A stretch of 64,000 nt of DNA from Scenedesmus sp. PABB004 (GCA_014905635.1 JABVCE010000015.1:558001-622000); one strand, 5' to 3'; positions 24,573 through 38,029 are shown, numbered from the stretch's first letter. Numbers and translations: made by a program. Notes: generated from the letters alone by a model not told the origin.

Positions 24573-25354
24573 ATGCTCAAGGGCATGTTCGAGAGGCGGC
24601 GCAGCCCTAGCCCTACGAAGGGGCCGGGCAGGGCGCCCGGCGCCGCCGCCGCGCCGAGCGCGCACGAGCTGCTCGTTAACGCCAGCGCCGCGCTGCAGCG
24701 GCTCCGCGCGCTCCCGCCGTCCGACGCCGGCGCCTTTCCCCTCGTCAACGAGTGCACGCGCGGCGGTGCGGCGCGGCAGCTCGCGCGCGCGGCGGGCGCC
24801 GCGGCGCACGGCGGGCGCCGGCGCGGGCCGGAGCACGTGCCGCCGCCGCCGCCGCTGCGCAGTCCAGCAGCTCGAAGCCGAGGTGGCCAAGCTCGCCGGC
24901 AGCGACGAGCACCCGCTGTGGCGCCTGTGAGCCGCCGCGCGCGCCGCCCGGCCGCGCCGCAGCGCCCGCGCGCCGCTTCGCGCCCAGCGCCGCCCGCCGC
25001 GCGCGCACGCAGTCAGCTGGACGAGCTGCAGAGCGACCTGCGATCAATCACTCAGCGCGTCCTGTCGTCAGCCGGCGCCGCGAGCGAGGCCGCGGCGCCG
25101 CCGCAGCTGCCGCGCGCGCGCAGCCCCGCTGCGCAGCTGGCGCTGGCGGCGGCCGGATGCGGCGGCGGGCTGTTTGGCGGCGGCGAGGGCGATGATGACC
25201 TGTTCAGCGGCCTCAGCCTGGCAGAGGCGCCGCCGGCGGCCGCGCCTGGCGCGGCCGGCGGCCCCGGGCGCGCCGGCTCCCCCGCGCCGGCGGCGACCGC
25301 CCCGCGCCAGCAGCCGCAGCAGCAGCACTGGCAGCCGCCGCCGCTGCTGCCATC

Positions 25355-25412
<58 letters not shown>

Positions 25413-28400
25413 GGCGTTGCCAGCAGTCGCACAAGCACCGCCAGCAGCCGGCCGGACTCGCCAGGGCTGGCAGCCGCTGGCGTGCACGGCTTGCACCCGG
25501 GCGCGGCAGGGCAGTCGCTGGGCCCCGCCCCTGGCGCTGGCCTCGGCGAGCAGGGCACGCGCGTGAGCAGCAGCGGCGGCTCCGCGGGGCCGCTGCCGCT
25601 GGACGAGGCTCTGTTCTGCGCGCCACCAGCTGCAGACGCAGCACCGCCAGCCGCCGCGGCAGCGGGGCCGGATGCCCGCAGCGACTGCGGGGGCGCGCCG
25701 AGCGCGGCGCCGGCGGCATCGGCAGAGCCGGCGCCAGCGGCAGAGCTGGCGCCAGCGGCAGAGCCGGCGCCAGCGGCAGAGCCGGCGCCAGCGGCAGCAG
25801 CGGCAGCAGCGCCGGCAGCAGGAGGAGCGGCAGGCGAGGCGCTGGACCTCTCTGGGCTCACCCTGGCCGAGCCGCAGCGCCCGGTCGCCGCCGACGGCGC
25901 GGGCGCACCCCTCCGCCTCGGCATGGCGGCGGGCCCCGCCAGCGCTGACAGCGGGGGGCTTGGCGGCGCGGTCAGCGGCAGCACATGGAGCGCGGGGCCT
26001 GGCGGCGCTGCGGCCGTGGCGGCAGCAGCGGCTGCCGCCGCGCCGGGTGGTGTCAAGAAGAAAACCAGCAAGGTGCGCGTGGGCTACGGCAAGGCAGACG
26101 CGGCGGGCGACGTTGGGCTGGACCTGTCGGCCGCCGCGCTGCACCACGAGCCGCCGGGCGGCGGCGCGGCGCATGCGCCCGCCGTGGATGCCGGCGGCAG
26201 CAGGGCCGGCAGCAGTCGGCTGTCGTTCGATCACGACCCACTGGCGCCATACCCGGCGCCGCCGCCGGCGGTCGCCGGCGCGGCGCCGCGGCAGCAGCAA
26301 GCCGCGGCGGCTGCGGCCGCGCCGCCGCCCGATGCGGGCGTGGGCGGCGGCGGCAGCGGCGAGCTCGCGCCCAGCAGCTCGGGCGGCCTTTCGAGCGCGG
26401 CGTCCGGCGTGGCGTCATTCGCGGCGGCGGCGTTTGCCGCGGCAGCGGCGGCGGTGGGCCTGGGCGGCGGCAGCGGGCCCAACTCCGCCTCCGCCACCCC
26501 GCGCGTGTCGTCATCCGGCGGCGCGGCCCCGCCCAGCGGCAGCGCGCTCGCCAGCGCCGGCAGCGGCGGCAGCGCCACGCAGCCGCCACCGCAGCAGCTG
26601 CTGGGGCAGCAGCGCGCCGCGCCGCTGGTGACGCCGGCGGTGCCGCAGCACATGCTGCGTCCCGAGCAGCATCCAGGGCCGCCGCCGGCGGCCGCGTACG
26701 CCTCGCTGGCGGACGCGTACGCCGGCGTCGGCGCAGCTGCCGGGGCCGCGCCGCCCCGCGCCTCGTCCGGCGGCGGCGGCGCCGCCGCGGGCGTGCCCGC
26801 CGTGGCGGCGCCGCGGGCGCAGCCGCTGGAGGTCTCCCTGCAGGGGCTGTGTGACTTCATCGACCACCTGACCGCCGGCCCCGCGGCACACCGTGCGCGC
26901 GCCGCCGAGGCGCACGGCGCGGCGCTGCTGGCCGCGCTGGCCGCGCGCGCCGCCGACGCGGGCGCGGAGGAGCGCGGCCTCGCGCGCCGCCGGCGCGGGC
27001 TGCTCGCGCGCGTCGCGGCGCTCGGCGCGGCGCGGCGCGGCGAGCTGGAGGCGCGGCAGGCAGCGGCGGTGGAGGCGGAGGACTTTGAGGCGGCTGCGGC
27101 CATTGATGTCGAGCTGCAGGTGCGCCGCGGGCGACGCAGGCGACGTGGGCGCAACAGCGAGGGCGTGGGGAGGGGAGGGGGGCAGCACTGCGGCGGCGGT
27201 GCGCCCGTGTGCGCGGGGCGCGGCCGCCTCTGCGAGCGCGCCAGCGCCGCCGCCGCTGCGCCGCGCAGGCGCTGGCGGGCGAGGGCGCCGCGCTGCAGGC
27301 GGAGCTCGGCACGGTGGACGCCGTGCTGGCCGACGCGGCGAGCGCGCGTGTGGCGCGTGTAGAGCTCCGCGCCGCGCTGCTCGAGAGGCTGGGCGCGTTT
27401 CTGGCAGAGCTCGGCGGGCAGCGCGAGGCTGAGGGCAAAGCGATGTACGCTGCAGCGCAGGAGGTGGGCGGCGGCGCGCGGCACTGCGCGCGGCGCGGCT
27501 GCCGCGCTGTGCCACCGACGCGCGTGCACGCGCGTACGCGCGCAGACGAGCGAGGCCGCGGCCCGGGACGTGGCGGCCGCGGCCGCGGCCGCCGACGCCA
27601 GCCGAGCGGAGCTGGACCGCCAGCGCGCGGAGCTGGAGGGCGCGCAAGCGGCGCTGGCGGACAAGCTGGATGCGGCGACCGCGCCGGCGGTGGAGGAGCG
27701 CCGGCGGCTGGAGGCCGAGCAGGCCGCCGTGCAGGTGCGGAGCCGGGCGCCGGGCGCCGGGGCAGGGGCGCTGGGGCGTGCCGCGGCGCCGGCCCGGGGC
27801 AACGGCCCGCGGCCTCTGCGCGCGCAGGCCGAGGTGGATGCGCTGCGCGCCGCGCTGGCGGCCAAGGAGTCCGAGCTGGCGGCGGCGGCCGACGCGGTCG
27901 CCGCGGTGGCCGCGCGGGTGACGGCGGCGGCAGAGGGCTTTGCGGCCGAGCAGGCCGCGCTGGCCGAGGAGGCGGCGCGCGTGGCCGACGCCGAGGCGGC
28001 CGCGCGCGGGCGGGCGCGGCGGCGGCTGCCGCCGCGGCCGCCGCCGACGCGGCGCGCGGCGCGCTGGCCGAGCAGCAGGCGGCGCTGGGGCGGGAGGTCG
28101 GCGAGCTGCGCGAGTCGGCGGCGGCGCGCGCCGCCGACGCGGCCGCCGCGCGCGCGTCGGTGGAGGCCGAGGCGTCCGCGCGCGCGATGCTGGAGGGCCT
28201 CAAGGCGGCGGAGGCGGCCGCAGCCGAGGCATACTCCGACCTCCTGCGCTGCATCGCGGATGCCGCCGGCCAGGTGGGGGGAGGGAGGGGTGCTCGCGGC
28301 GGCCCGCCCTGCGCTCCGCGCCGGCCAGCCGCTGCTGCGCCCGTGCGACGGCCGCCGCCGCCGCCGCCGCCGCTGCCGCCGCCGCAGGTGCGGGAGCTCG

Positions 28401-29356
28401 ACGCAAAACGCGCGCGCCTGGCGGGCGAGCGGGCGGCCGCGGACGAGCGCGCGCAGCGGCGGCGCGGCTGCCCGAGCTTGAGGCGGAGAAGCGCGCGGCC
28501 GCCGCCAGCAAAGACTTTAAGGAGGCCGCCCGGCTCGCGGCGGAGGCCAAGGCGCTGGCCGTGGCGGCGGAGGCCGCGGCCGAGGCGGGCCGCGGCGCGG
28601 CCGCGGCGCTCGCGCGGCCGAGGCGGGCGCGGCGGCGCGGCGGAGGAGCTGCGAACGCTGCGGGGGATGCAGCAGGTGCGGGCCGGCGGCGCCGCAGCGC
28701 GCAGCGCCAGCGCGCGGCCCGCGCCCACGCCGGGCGCGACCATGCACCGCTGCTCGCAGGAGGTGGAGCGCGACGCGGCCGCAGCGTCGTGGCGCCGCCT
28801 CGCCGGCAGCAGCGCGCTGCTGCGCGCCCAGCTCGCGGCGGCAGCGGCGAACGACGACGCGGAGGCGCTGCAGGTGGGCCGCGCGCTGCGCAGCGCCTGG
28901 GGCGGCGGCGCCGGGGTGCGCGGCTGTTGGCTGGCGCACGCACCGCGAGCCGGCCGCGCCGCCGTGGCCGACCCGCAGGCTGACCTCGCCGCGGAGGAGG
29001 CGGCCGCGGAGGCGCTGGCCGCGCGCTGGGGCGGCTTCACCGCCGAGGAGCGTAGCGTGCCGGGGCTGCAGCCGGAGGACGGGTGCAGCGGCGGCGGCGC
29101 GTCGGCCGGCGAGCGAGGGGCCGGCGACGGCGGCGGCGCGGCGGCTGCAGACGCAGCGGTCGGCGCGGGTGCCGACGCGAGCGCGCAGCAGCCGTCCGAG
29201 GCGGCACAGGCCCCGCCCGACGCGGCCAGCGTGGAGGCGGCGGGCGAGGGGGCGCCGCCGCCGGGGGACGAGGCGGCGGCGGGCGAGGAGCAGCGGTCTC
29301 AGCAGCCAGCGCAGGAGGAGGAGGGACTGGGCGGCGTTAGCGGCGGCGGCGCGTGA
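24573..29356 (+). CDS. Ala-rich coiled-coil protein with UvrB/UvrC (UVR)-like motifs, multi-exon
   Basis: LEARQAAAVEAEDFEAAAAID and LEAEKRAAAASKDFKEAARLAAEAKAL; N-terminal DDLFSGLSL and KKKTSKVRVGYG resemble a conserved uncharacterised plant protein; several apparent frameshifts at 28000-28650. Confidence 0.6.
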
Positions 29357-29519
29357 TATGGCCAGCGCGGCCCTCTGTTACGTGCGGACCAACCCTCGGC
29401 CGCCCCGCGCCGCACACGTGCGATGCCGCTCCTGCGTGCACCGTCCGCCCTCAAAAGCCACGCGCGCCCGCGCGCCACCCGCCGCTGCTCGCTCGCGCGC
29501 CCCCGACCGACCGCGGCGC

Positions 29520-30166
29520 TCACTCGATGGAGAGCGGCCGGTCGGCCCAGCCGTAGCTCGCCTTGTGGCGGTCGTACAGGTCCTGCATCGCAGCCACCAC
29601 CTGCGCATGCGGCGTGACAGCAGCGCGGCGGCGCGGCGGCGGCGCTCGGTCATCCGGCCCCGCCCGCGGCTGCTGCAGCGGCGTGCTGCGCTGTGCGCGC
29701 CGTGCTGCGCTGTGCGCGCTGTGCTGTGCGCTCTGCGCGCGCGGCGCGCCTTGGCGTGGATCTCGTCCACCGTCGCGTTGAAGCGCTCCGTGTCGGCCTT
29801 GTCGACCTTTGGCACGGGGATGGGCACGCCGCTGACCATGTAGAGCGGGACCTGCGCCGGGCAGGGAGGCAGGGCCCAAGGGTTGGAGCGGCGGGAGCGC
29901 AGTGAGTGAGCGCGCGATGGGCGCGCGGCGCAGTGCGGGGGCAGGCGCGGCGCGGGGCCGCCCGCCCCTGCGGCGCGCACCGGGCGCGGCAGCGGCGTGC
30001 CCCAGCGCCCGACGAGCAGGCCGAGGCCGGTGCGGTGCTTGCGCGCGAAGCCGCTGATGCCCTGCGGCCAAAAGTCAAAGACCTGCGCGCGGGGGGGGGG
30101 GGGGGGGGGGCGGACCGGACCGGGCGGGCGGCGGGGTCGGGCGGCGGACCGGGCGGGGGGGGGGGA

Positions 30167-30214
<48 letters not shown>

Positions 30215-32234
30215 CGGCGGCGCGGCGGCCAGCGCAGCGCGCCACACGCGCTCACGCACACACAACAGCATCATGATCCTGCATCACCACCACGCGCCTG
30301 TGTGTTCCCAAAGTGGTAGACCGGCAGGATGCCGCCGTCGAGCCCCGTCTCGACCGCGATGCGCACAAAGCCCTTGCGGTCGCGCAGCTTGATGCGCTCC
30401 TTGGCGGGGTGCTGCGGCGCGCGGCGGCGCGGCGGCGCGGGCGCGAGTGTGAGCGGGAGCGGGGGCGGTCAGATTGTTTGAGCCAACGATCAAACAAAAT
30501 GGTGAAAGCAAACGGTCAAAGTCACAAAGATGTAACAACGGCGCCCCCGCCCAGCTGCACCTGCATGTACATCTCGGCGATGCCGCCCACGATGACCGCG
30601 ACGCTGCCCTTGGACAGGACCTTCTTGAAGTTGCCCGGCGTCGCCGGCACCGCGCCGAGCCAGGCGATAAAGTGCCGCCTGCGGGGGTTGGAAGGCCCGG
30701 GCGGGCGCGGCGGCGCGGGCCCGGGTCGGCGCGGCGGCGCGGCGGCGCCCTCCGGGCATCCCCCTCCCAGCCTCCCTCCAGCCCACGCGCAGCCCGCGCG
30801 CAGTCCACAGCTCGGCTGAGCCCCGCGCCGCGCGCACCAGAAGGGTATGGAGTAGACGCTGCTCGCGGCGACGCTGTAGATGTTGAAGAACGGCCAGATC
30901 GCCTGGCACAGCGTGCCTGCATCGGGCGCGCATTGGGCGTGCATTGGGCGTGTGTGAGGACGTGTGTGAGGGCGTGGTTGTGGGAGGAGGACAGGAGGGG
31001 GGCGTGGGGGCGGCGGCGGCGCGTGCGCGCGCGGCAGTGCGCGGCGCCGCGCGCACCGGCGATGAGCTCCGACATCGGGAACACACCGTGCGGCACTGCG
31101 GTGCGGCGCGGCGGCGGGCACGCTCGGCGCTCGTCCGGGGCGGGCGCCGCCCTCGGCCCACCACCCCAAGCGCGGCCCCGCCCACAGCATGAAGCCCCGC
31201 GCGACCAAACGAAGCCCCGCGCCGCGCTACTAGCAGACTGGACCCCCGCGCCGCGCCGCGCCGCGCACCCTCCACGAAGATGTAGTTCTTGTCCGGCGAG
31301 AGCACCGCCTCGTTGAGGTAGCTGAAGGAAAAGTACTCGCGCCATGTGCGGAAGACCCAGCTGCGGCAAAACGCGCCCCACAGCACCGGGCGCGCGGGCA
31401 GCCACGTCGTCGCCCACAGCGCCTGCGGGCGCGGGCGCGGGCGTCGGCGCGGGCAGGTGTGGGTGGGGGCGGGCGCGCGCGCGTGGCGCGTGCTGCCAGG
31501 CGCGGCTGTGGCGCGCGCCGCGCTGGCGGCCGCCCCGCGCCGGCGGCCGCACCAGGAGCGTGATGAGCGCGGCGCGGGAGAAGAAGGAGCAGAGCATGAG
31601 GCCGATGAGGATGTGCATCCTGCGAGCAGGCGGGCGTGGTGTTTGTGGTTTTCTCGAACCGGCTGTCACTGTCGTAATGCGTGAACCGGTGCGCCGGCGG
31701 TGGTGCGCAGCTGGCGCAGCGGGCGCAGCGGGCCCACGCCAGCGGGCGGCGCACCAGCCCGTGTAGATGCCCAGCGTGACGACCGCGACGGCGCGGGACA
31801 GCAGCCCCTGGCGGTGGTCCTTGGAGAGGTCGTCAGAGTAGATGCTGCGCGAGGGCGGCGGGCGGTGCGCGGGGTTGGGCGGCGGCGGCGCGCGGCGGCG
31901 CGCGACGGCGCCGTGCGTGGTGAGGGGGCCAGAGGGGCGCGCAGGCGAGAGCCCTGCCGCCTGGCGCTGCTGCAGGCGGACGGGGCGGCCCTGCCCGCAC
32001 GGCGCCGGCAGCGCCGGCGGCGCGCGGCAGCGGTGCGGCGGCGCTCCCGGCGGAGGGACTGCCGCGCTGCTGCCACGGCCCCGGGACCGTCCCTGGCACC
32101 GGCCTGCGCCCGTGGCGCCGCCTGGGCCGGCCCCTGGGCGCCCAATTGCGCGCCCACTTCTGCGCGATGGCCCCGCCCCGCGCGCCCGCGCACCGCACGC
32201 CCACGGGCGCCTGCCCGGTGCCCGTGTCGATCAT
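29520..32234 (-). CDS. DGAT2: Type-2 diacylglycerol acyltransferase (DGTT2-like), multi-exon
   Basis: MIDTGTGQAPVGVR/IYSDD, WREYF, PHGVFP, VAVIVGGIAEM, RKGFVRIAVETG..PVYHFGN, GRWGTPLPRP, LYDRHKASYGWADRPLSIE*. Confidence 0.92.
30167..30215 (+). repeat. (GCAC)n microsatellite in a DGAT2 intron
   Basis: About 12 tandem GCAC units. Confidence 0.9.
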
Positions 32235-32512
32235 GCTGAGCGTGTGGACGCGCCCGCTGCTGAGTCGCTGCTCGCCGCGCGCGGGGGGCCACGCGGCTGT
32301 GCGCTGTGTGTGGCAGCGCGGGCGTGGGAACCGCTGCGGAGGGGCGGTGTTTGCGGCTCGAGCGGGCGGGTCGGCGGTCTGGCGTCGCTCGCTCGTCACC
32401 GCCGCGCGCGCGTCGCGCGGCGCAAAGGAACGGCGCCGCCGGCTGGGGGCCGCGGCGGCAATGCGCGCCGCGCTAGGTACAGGGCCAGGGGCGGCGCCCG
32501 GGGGAGGGCTGC

Positions 32513-34649
32513 TCAGAAGCGCCCGAGCGGGCGCAGCTTGCGCTCAAACGCGGCCGCCGCGGCCTGCAGGCGCGCGTAGCCCTCGCGCTCGTCCTCCGTC
32601 TCGATGCGCGGCGGCGGGCGCACCTCGAGCACGTTGTTCCAGTTGCCCTGCGCCCGCGCGGCGGCGCGGCGCCGCTCAGGCCCCGCGCGCGCGCGCGCGC
32701 GCCGCCCGCGCCTTTCCTGCAAGGCCTGTTCCCGCGGCCGCCGCCGCACCTCGGAGTCGAGCGCCTTTGGCGCGAGCGGGTCGACCGCCCAGGTGTTGTC
32801 CACGACGTACTTGTAGTGGTACCGCCCCGGGTTGAGGCCCTTGAGCTCCAGGTAGAACGAGCCTGGCACGGCGCGACAGCGGACGCGACAGGAGAGGCGG
32901 CGGGTGCGGCGGCGGGGGCGGGGGCGGGAGCATGAGAGGCCCGGCGGCGGTCGTGCGTGCGTGTGTGTGCGTTAGTTAGATAGCTTGTGCCGTCGAGGCT
33001 GTGTGTTGAGATCAGAGTTGGTTGCGGCGGCGGCCGCGCGCCGCGAGCGGCGGCGTGCGGGAGAGAGAAAGAGACGGCGGCACCGCGCGGCGCACCCGGG
33101 CTGGCGCCCATGCAGCCGTCGTGCCGGCGGCAGCGCGCCATCGCGACGCGCTCGGTCCAGCCGCCCACGAGCTCGCCGCTGACCTGCGGAGGGGCGCGTC
33201 AGGGGGGCGCGCGTCGGCGCGCGTGCGTCGACGTGCTGCAGGCGAGGAGCCGCGCCCCATGCTCCGCGCGCGGCAGCGGCGCTGAGCAGCGCAGCGCGCG
33301 CGCCTCGGCGCTGAGGCCGCCGTAGGGCCACGTGATGAGCAGGCGGCTGAACCGCTCCTTGGCCCGCACGACCAGCAGCCGCCGCACCTCGCCCAGCACC
33401 GCCTGGCCGGCGCGGGCGCGGGCGCGGGCGGCGGTCACGCGGCGGCGGCGCGCGCGCCCGACGGGCGGGCGGGTTCGGGGCGCGTGGCGTGCGGGGCGCG
33501 CGGCGCGTGCGTGGGCGCGCACCGCGTCGACGGTGACGCCGAGCGCGCGGCCCACGCCCTCGGCCGCAACGTCCTCGTCGAGCCCGCAGTGCCAGTGCAG
33601 CCACGCCGTGAGCAGCAGCGCCACCTGGCCCCAGCTCGCCTCGTCGCAGCTCAGCAGCAGCTGGCTGCCCGGGTTGGAGGGCGCGCCCGCGTCGCCGCCG
33701 CCGCTGCCGCTGCTGCTGCCGCTGCCGCTGCCACCACTGCCGCCGCTCCAGCTGCTGCTCCAGCTCCCGCTCCCGCTCCCACTGCTGCTGCCGCTGCCGC
33801 TGCTGCCGCCACTCGCGCTCCCGCTCCCGCTCCCACTGCTGCTGCTGCTGCCGCCGGGGACGGGGCTGCCGCCGCCCGCCCGACCGGCGAGCGCGGCCGC
33901 GCCGGCCGCCGCGGCGGGGTGCGACGGGCTGCTGACGCTCGCGCAGACGTTGGTGGGGCTCTTGCGCCAGCCCAGCACGCCGCGCGGCGTGCGCTGCCGC
34001 CGCACCACGAGGCGCTGCAGGTCTGACATGCAGTGGAGCACGGCGTGCGCCTGCAGCGTCGCCGCCGACGGCTCCGCGCCGCCGCCGCCGCCGCTGCCCA
34101 CCGCGCCGCCGCCGGGCTCGGCGGCCGCCGCGCCCGCGGCGGCGGGCGTCGCGGCCGCCGCCGCGGCTGCCGCTGCAGCCGCCGCGGCAAAGCCCAGGTC
34201 CGGGCCGGCCAGGCCGACGAGGCTGGCCGCCACGGCTCCCGCCTCCTGCGCCGCCGCCGCGTCGGCCGCGGCCGCGTCGGCCGCCGCGGCGGCCGCCTCG
34301 GCCGACGGGAACGGCGGCGGCGTCGCCGGCGCGGGCGCGGGGTCGTCGCTCGGCGAGAGCGTGGGCGGCATCGGCTCGGCGGGCAGGCTGAACGGCGGCG
34401 GCTGCGAGCCGAGCGGGCAGAGCAGGCCGTCTGCGTTGACGTGCAGCCCGAGCTCCAGCAGGCACCCGAGCGCGCGCGTCGTCGCGAGCCGCGCCAGGTC
34501 GGTGCTGCCGAGCCGGCCGCTGCAGACGAGCAGCCAGGGCAGCACCTGCACCACCCGGCGCTCGCGCGCAGCGGGCGGGGCCGCCCCGCCGCCGCCGGCC
34601 GCGGCTGCGCCCGAGCCGCCCCAGGCGAGGCCGCCGGGCTCCGCCGCCC

Positions 34650-34692
<43 letters not shown>

Positions 34693-36397
34693 GTTGCTCG
34701 GCGGCGAGCTGTTGGTGCCGCCACCGGGCGTGCTGGCGCCGCTGCCCTGCCGCCGGAAGGGCAGCACGTTGGTGGTGCCGCCCGGCTGCACCGGCGTGCC
34801 CGACACGCCGACCTGGATGCGCGCGCCGTCGCGCGACGCGAGCAGCCTGCGGCGACGGCCGGGGCCGGGGCGCGGCGGGTCGGGGCGCGGCGGCGGGCGC
34901 GCTGCAGAGCGTGCAACGGCGGCGGGGGCCGGCAACCGGCGCGCGCCGCGCGCGCGGCGGCGCGCCTGCTGACGGGCGCTGAAATGTCCAGCTCCGGCTC
35001 GTCCGCCGCCTCCAGCAGCTGCGCCGCGAGCGCCTGGGCGCGCGCGCGCCGCGCGAACAGCCCCGCCCGCAGCGCCGGGCGGCGCGCCTGCGGCGGCGGC
35101 GCGCCGGCGCGTCGGCGGCGCGGCGCCCGCGTGGCCGCCGCTCGCTCTGCGCGCGCCCGAGAGCCCAGCGAGCGGCCGGGCCGCCTGCGGCCGCGCGGCG
35201 GGTCGCCTCTCCCCGCGCACCTGGTCAGCAGGGATTGGGAGCATGCACCGATTGAACGACACCACCATGCTGCGCCCCACGCCCGGCACGCTCTCCGCGA
35301 GCTCGCCGCCCACGGGCGTGACGAACTGGATCGGCAGCTGCAGCTCCGGCACCTGCGCGCCCGCCCGCGCCGCGCCGCGGGCGTCGGCGACGCGCCGCGG
35401 AGCGCGGCGCGGGCACGGCAGCGGCGGCGCGCTGCGCGGCGCCCCTCACCTCCCACGAGGCGATGCCGCCGCGGCCAAGAAAGTACCACGGCGGCACGGC
35501 GCCGCCGCCGCCGCGCTCGAGCACCAGCTTCACCTGCGGCGGCGGCCGGGCGCCGGGCGCCGGTGCCGCGGCCGCGGCTGCAGCGGCGGCGGACGCCGCC
35601 GGGGCGGCGGCCGCGGCGCCGCGCGGCGGCGGCGCGCACCTTGCCCGGGCGGTTGTTGATCGCCCAGCGCGTGCGCTGCAGGTCATTAGCGTGCCACATC
35701 TCGTCGCCAAAGACCGCGCTGCAGGACAGCAGCCGGTCGCCGACCTGCGCGCGCGGGCCGGGCCGGGTCGGCGCGGCGCCGCGCGCCGCGCCGGCCGCGC
35801 GCGTCGCCGCTCCCGCGCGCACCAGCACGAGCTGGCTCTCCGCCGCCGCCATGCCGTCCTGGACGTGCTGCACGTAGACCTGCGCGGCGCCGCGGCGGTC
35901 GGCGCTGCACCGTGCGCCGGGCCTGCGCCCCGCCGCCACCGCCGCCGCCGCGGGGCGCCGCCGCGGGGCGCCGCGCGGGGCGCCGCCGGGGCGCGCCTGG
36001 CCGGTCGTGGGGTCTGGCGCGAGCGTGAGGCCGATGGGCTTGTCCAGGACCACCATGTACTGCGTGAGCGAGAAGTCGTACTCCTCCTGGCTGCCCAGCG
36101 CCGGCCGGCTGCGCGGGCGAGGGCGCGGCGCGCGCCGCGAGCGCCGTCGGCAGCGGCGGCGCCGCCAGCGCGCAACCGCTGCTGCGCCGCGGCGCGGCGC
36201 CACAGCGCCGCAGCGCTGCGGCGGCCGCACCTGTCTGGCATGGCGGCGCGCCCGGGCAGGCGCGCGCCGCGCTGTGGCGGTCGGCCGCGCTGCTGCGGCC
36301 TGGGGCAGCAGCGGGGCGCACTGCACGCCGGCACGCCCGCACGGCCGTGCGACGCGCTCGCCTCGCCGGCCGCACGCACGCCCCAGGGCGGGCCCAT
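32513..36397 (-). CDS. LSF1-like starch-associated protein: PDZ + degenerate dual-specificity phosphatase + CBM48
   Basis: PDZ YMVVLDKPIGLTL..VYVQHVQDG..VGDRL..KLVLER; DSP remnant LLLSCDEASWGQVALLLTAWLHWHCG; CBM48 ITWPYGG..VSGELVGGW..GRYHYKYVVDNTW..GNWNNVLEV. Confidence 0.7.
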
Positions 36398-36780
36398 GGT
36401 GTCGGTCAGCGCCACGCGCTAGCGCTAGCGGTGCTGCTGCGCGGGGGCGGTCGGGCGACGCATGCGCACTGCTCTCTCTCTGTCGCTGCTCCGTGCGCGT
36501 TTTCGGCGGTGGCCCGCCTGCGCGTGCACGTTGGTGTCGGTGACGCACCTGACGGCCGCTGCGCCACAGCCCAGCGCAGAACCGCGAGAGAGCCGGGCGC
36601 GCCGCGGCGGCGCAACTGACGCAGCTGTTTTGCGCCGTCGCCGCCCCTCAAGCCGCGCGTTCGGCACCGCCGGCATCCCCACAGCTAGCGCATTCCGCTC
36701 AAGACAGCCGGCACCAGCGCGTGCGGCGGCAGCGGCAGCAGCGGCAGCGGCAGAGGCGGCAGAGGCGGCGGCGGCACTGC

Positions 36781-37668
36781 ATGCAGGAGCGGCTCGCCTG
36801 GGCGGCGGCGGGCGGCGCGGCGGCGGCGGGGCTCGTGCTGCTCGCGTGGCGGCGCGTGGCCGCGGCCGCGGCCGCGGCAGCCGACGCGGCGGCGCCGTTC
36901 AGCCTGCCCGAGCGCCGCGCGGCGGCGGGCGCGCGGTCGGCGTTTGTTCTCGCCGTCAACCTCCGCTTCGCCAACGCGGCGCAGGTGGGCTGGCCCGGGG
37001 GGCAGGCGGCGGGCGTGCGAGGGGGGCGCGGCGCCCTGGGGGCGCGGCACTGCGCCGGGGCCCACGCCCTTCGCCGCGCCGCGCCGCCGCCTCCCGCCCG
37101 CGCCCGCCCCGCCCCCGCAGCGGTCACACTTCCTGAGCATCTGGGCGCCGCTCGCGGCGCACGTCCGCGGCGGCGAGCCGGGCACGCTTGCGTTTGAGCT
37201 GCTGGAGGCCGACAGCGACCCGCTGCACGTCCTGGTCTACGAGCGGTGCGCGCCGGCGCTGGCGCCGGCGCCGGCGGCGTGAGGGGGCGCCCCGGCGGTG
37301 GCGCGGGCGCGGGCGCTGCCGCCGCGCGGCCGACGCCCGCCGCGGCGCGGCCGGCGCGGCGCCACTCGCCGGCGCGCCAACGCCCGCCCGCCCGCCCGCC
37401 GCCCGCCGCGCCGCGCCGCCGCAGGTACACGAGCCGCGAGGCCTACGAGGGCCCGCACCGCAGCAGCGCAGCGTTCCACCAATTCAAGGCAGCGATGGCA
37501 GACCTGCCGTTCAAGGCGCGCGGCGCGGGCCGGGCGCGCTCGCTGCGGCGGCCGGCCGCCGGCGCGCCGTCGCCGCCGCCGCCGCCGACGCGTCGCCGCC
37601 GCCGCCGCCGCCAGGTGGACGTGGTCGGCCAGAGCTTCGTGGAGTCAAACGTGGGGTTCATGCACTAG
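36781..37668 (+). CDS. Antibiotic biosynthesis monooxygenase (ABM) domain protein with N-terminal hydrophobic anchor
   Basis: AFVLAVNLRF..FLSIWAPLAAHVRGGEPGTLAFEL..DPLHVLVYERYTSREAYEGPHRSSAAFHQFK..FVESNVGFMH*. Confidence 0.82.
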
Positions 37669-38029
37669 CAGCAGCTGCCTGGCGGCCGAGGCTGCGCCCT
37701 GGTGCAATTAGAACGAGCCCAGTAGCACTCGCGGGGAGTAACGGGGCTCAGCGCCGGGCGCGCGCTCGCGGCGGCGGCCGGGGCTCAGCGAGCGAGCAGC
37801 GGCCGCGAAGGCTCAGGCGGCGCGTCCGGCGCACGCGCCCGCCCGTCCGCATGCCCAGAGCTCCCAGGGCCCCGGCCAGCGCGAACGGACTCCTCTGCTC
37901 GGCCCGACAGCTTTCCGGTTGCACGGCCCGGCAGCACCCGCGCCCGCGAGCAGCAACGGCCGCCAGCGCCCCCTCCGGCCACGGCCGCGCGTCGGGAGCT
38001 CGCTGACAGTTCAAGCTCGTTGTTTCGCT

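Noticed and set aside
19614..37668. Bacterial horizontal-transfer island (PG-binding, DUF455, ABM domains)
   Set aside because: All are intron-rich with host-like composition and belong to families widespread in green plants
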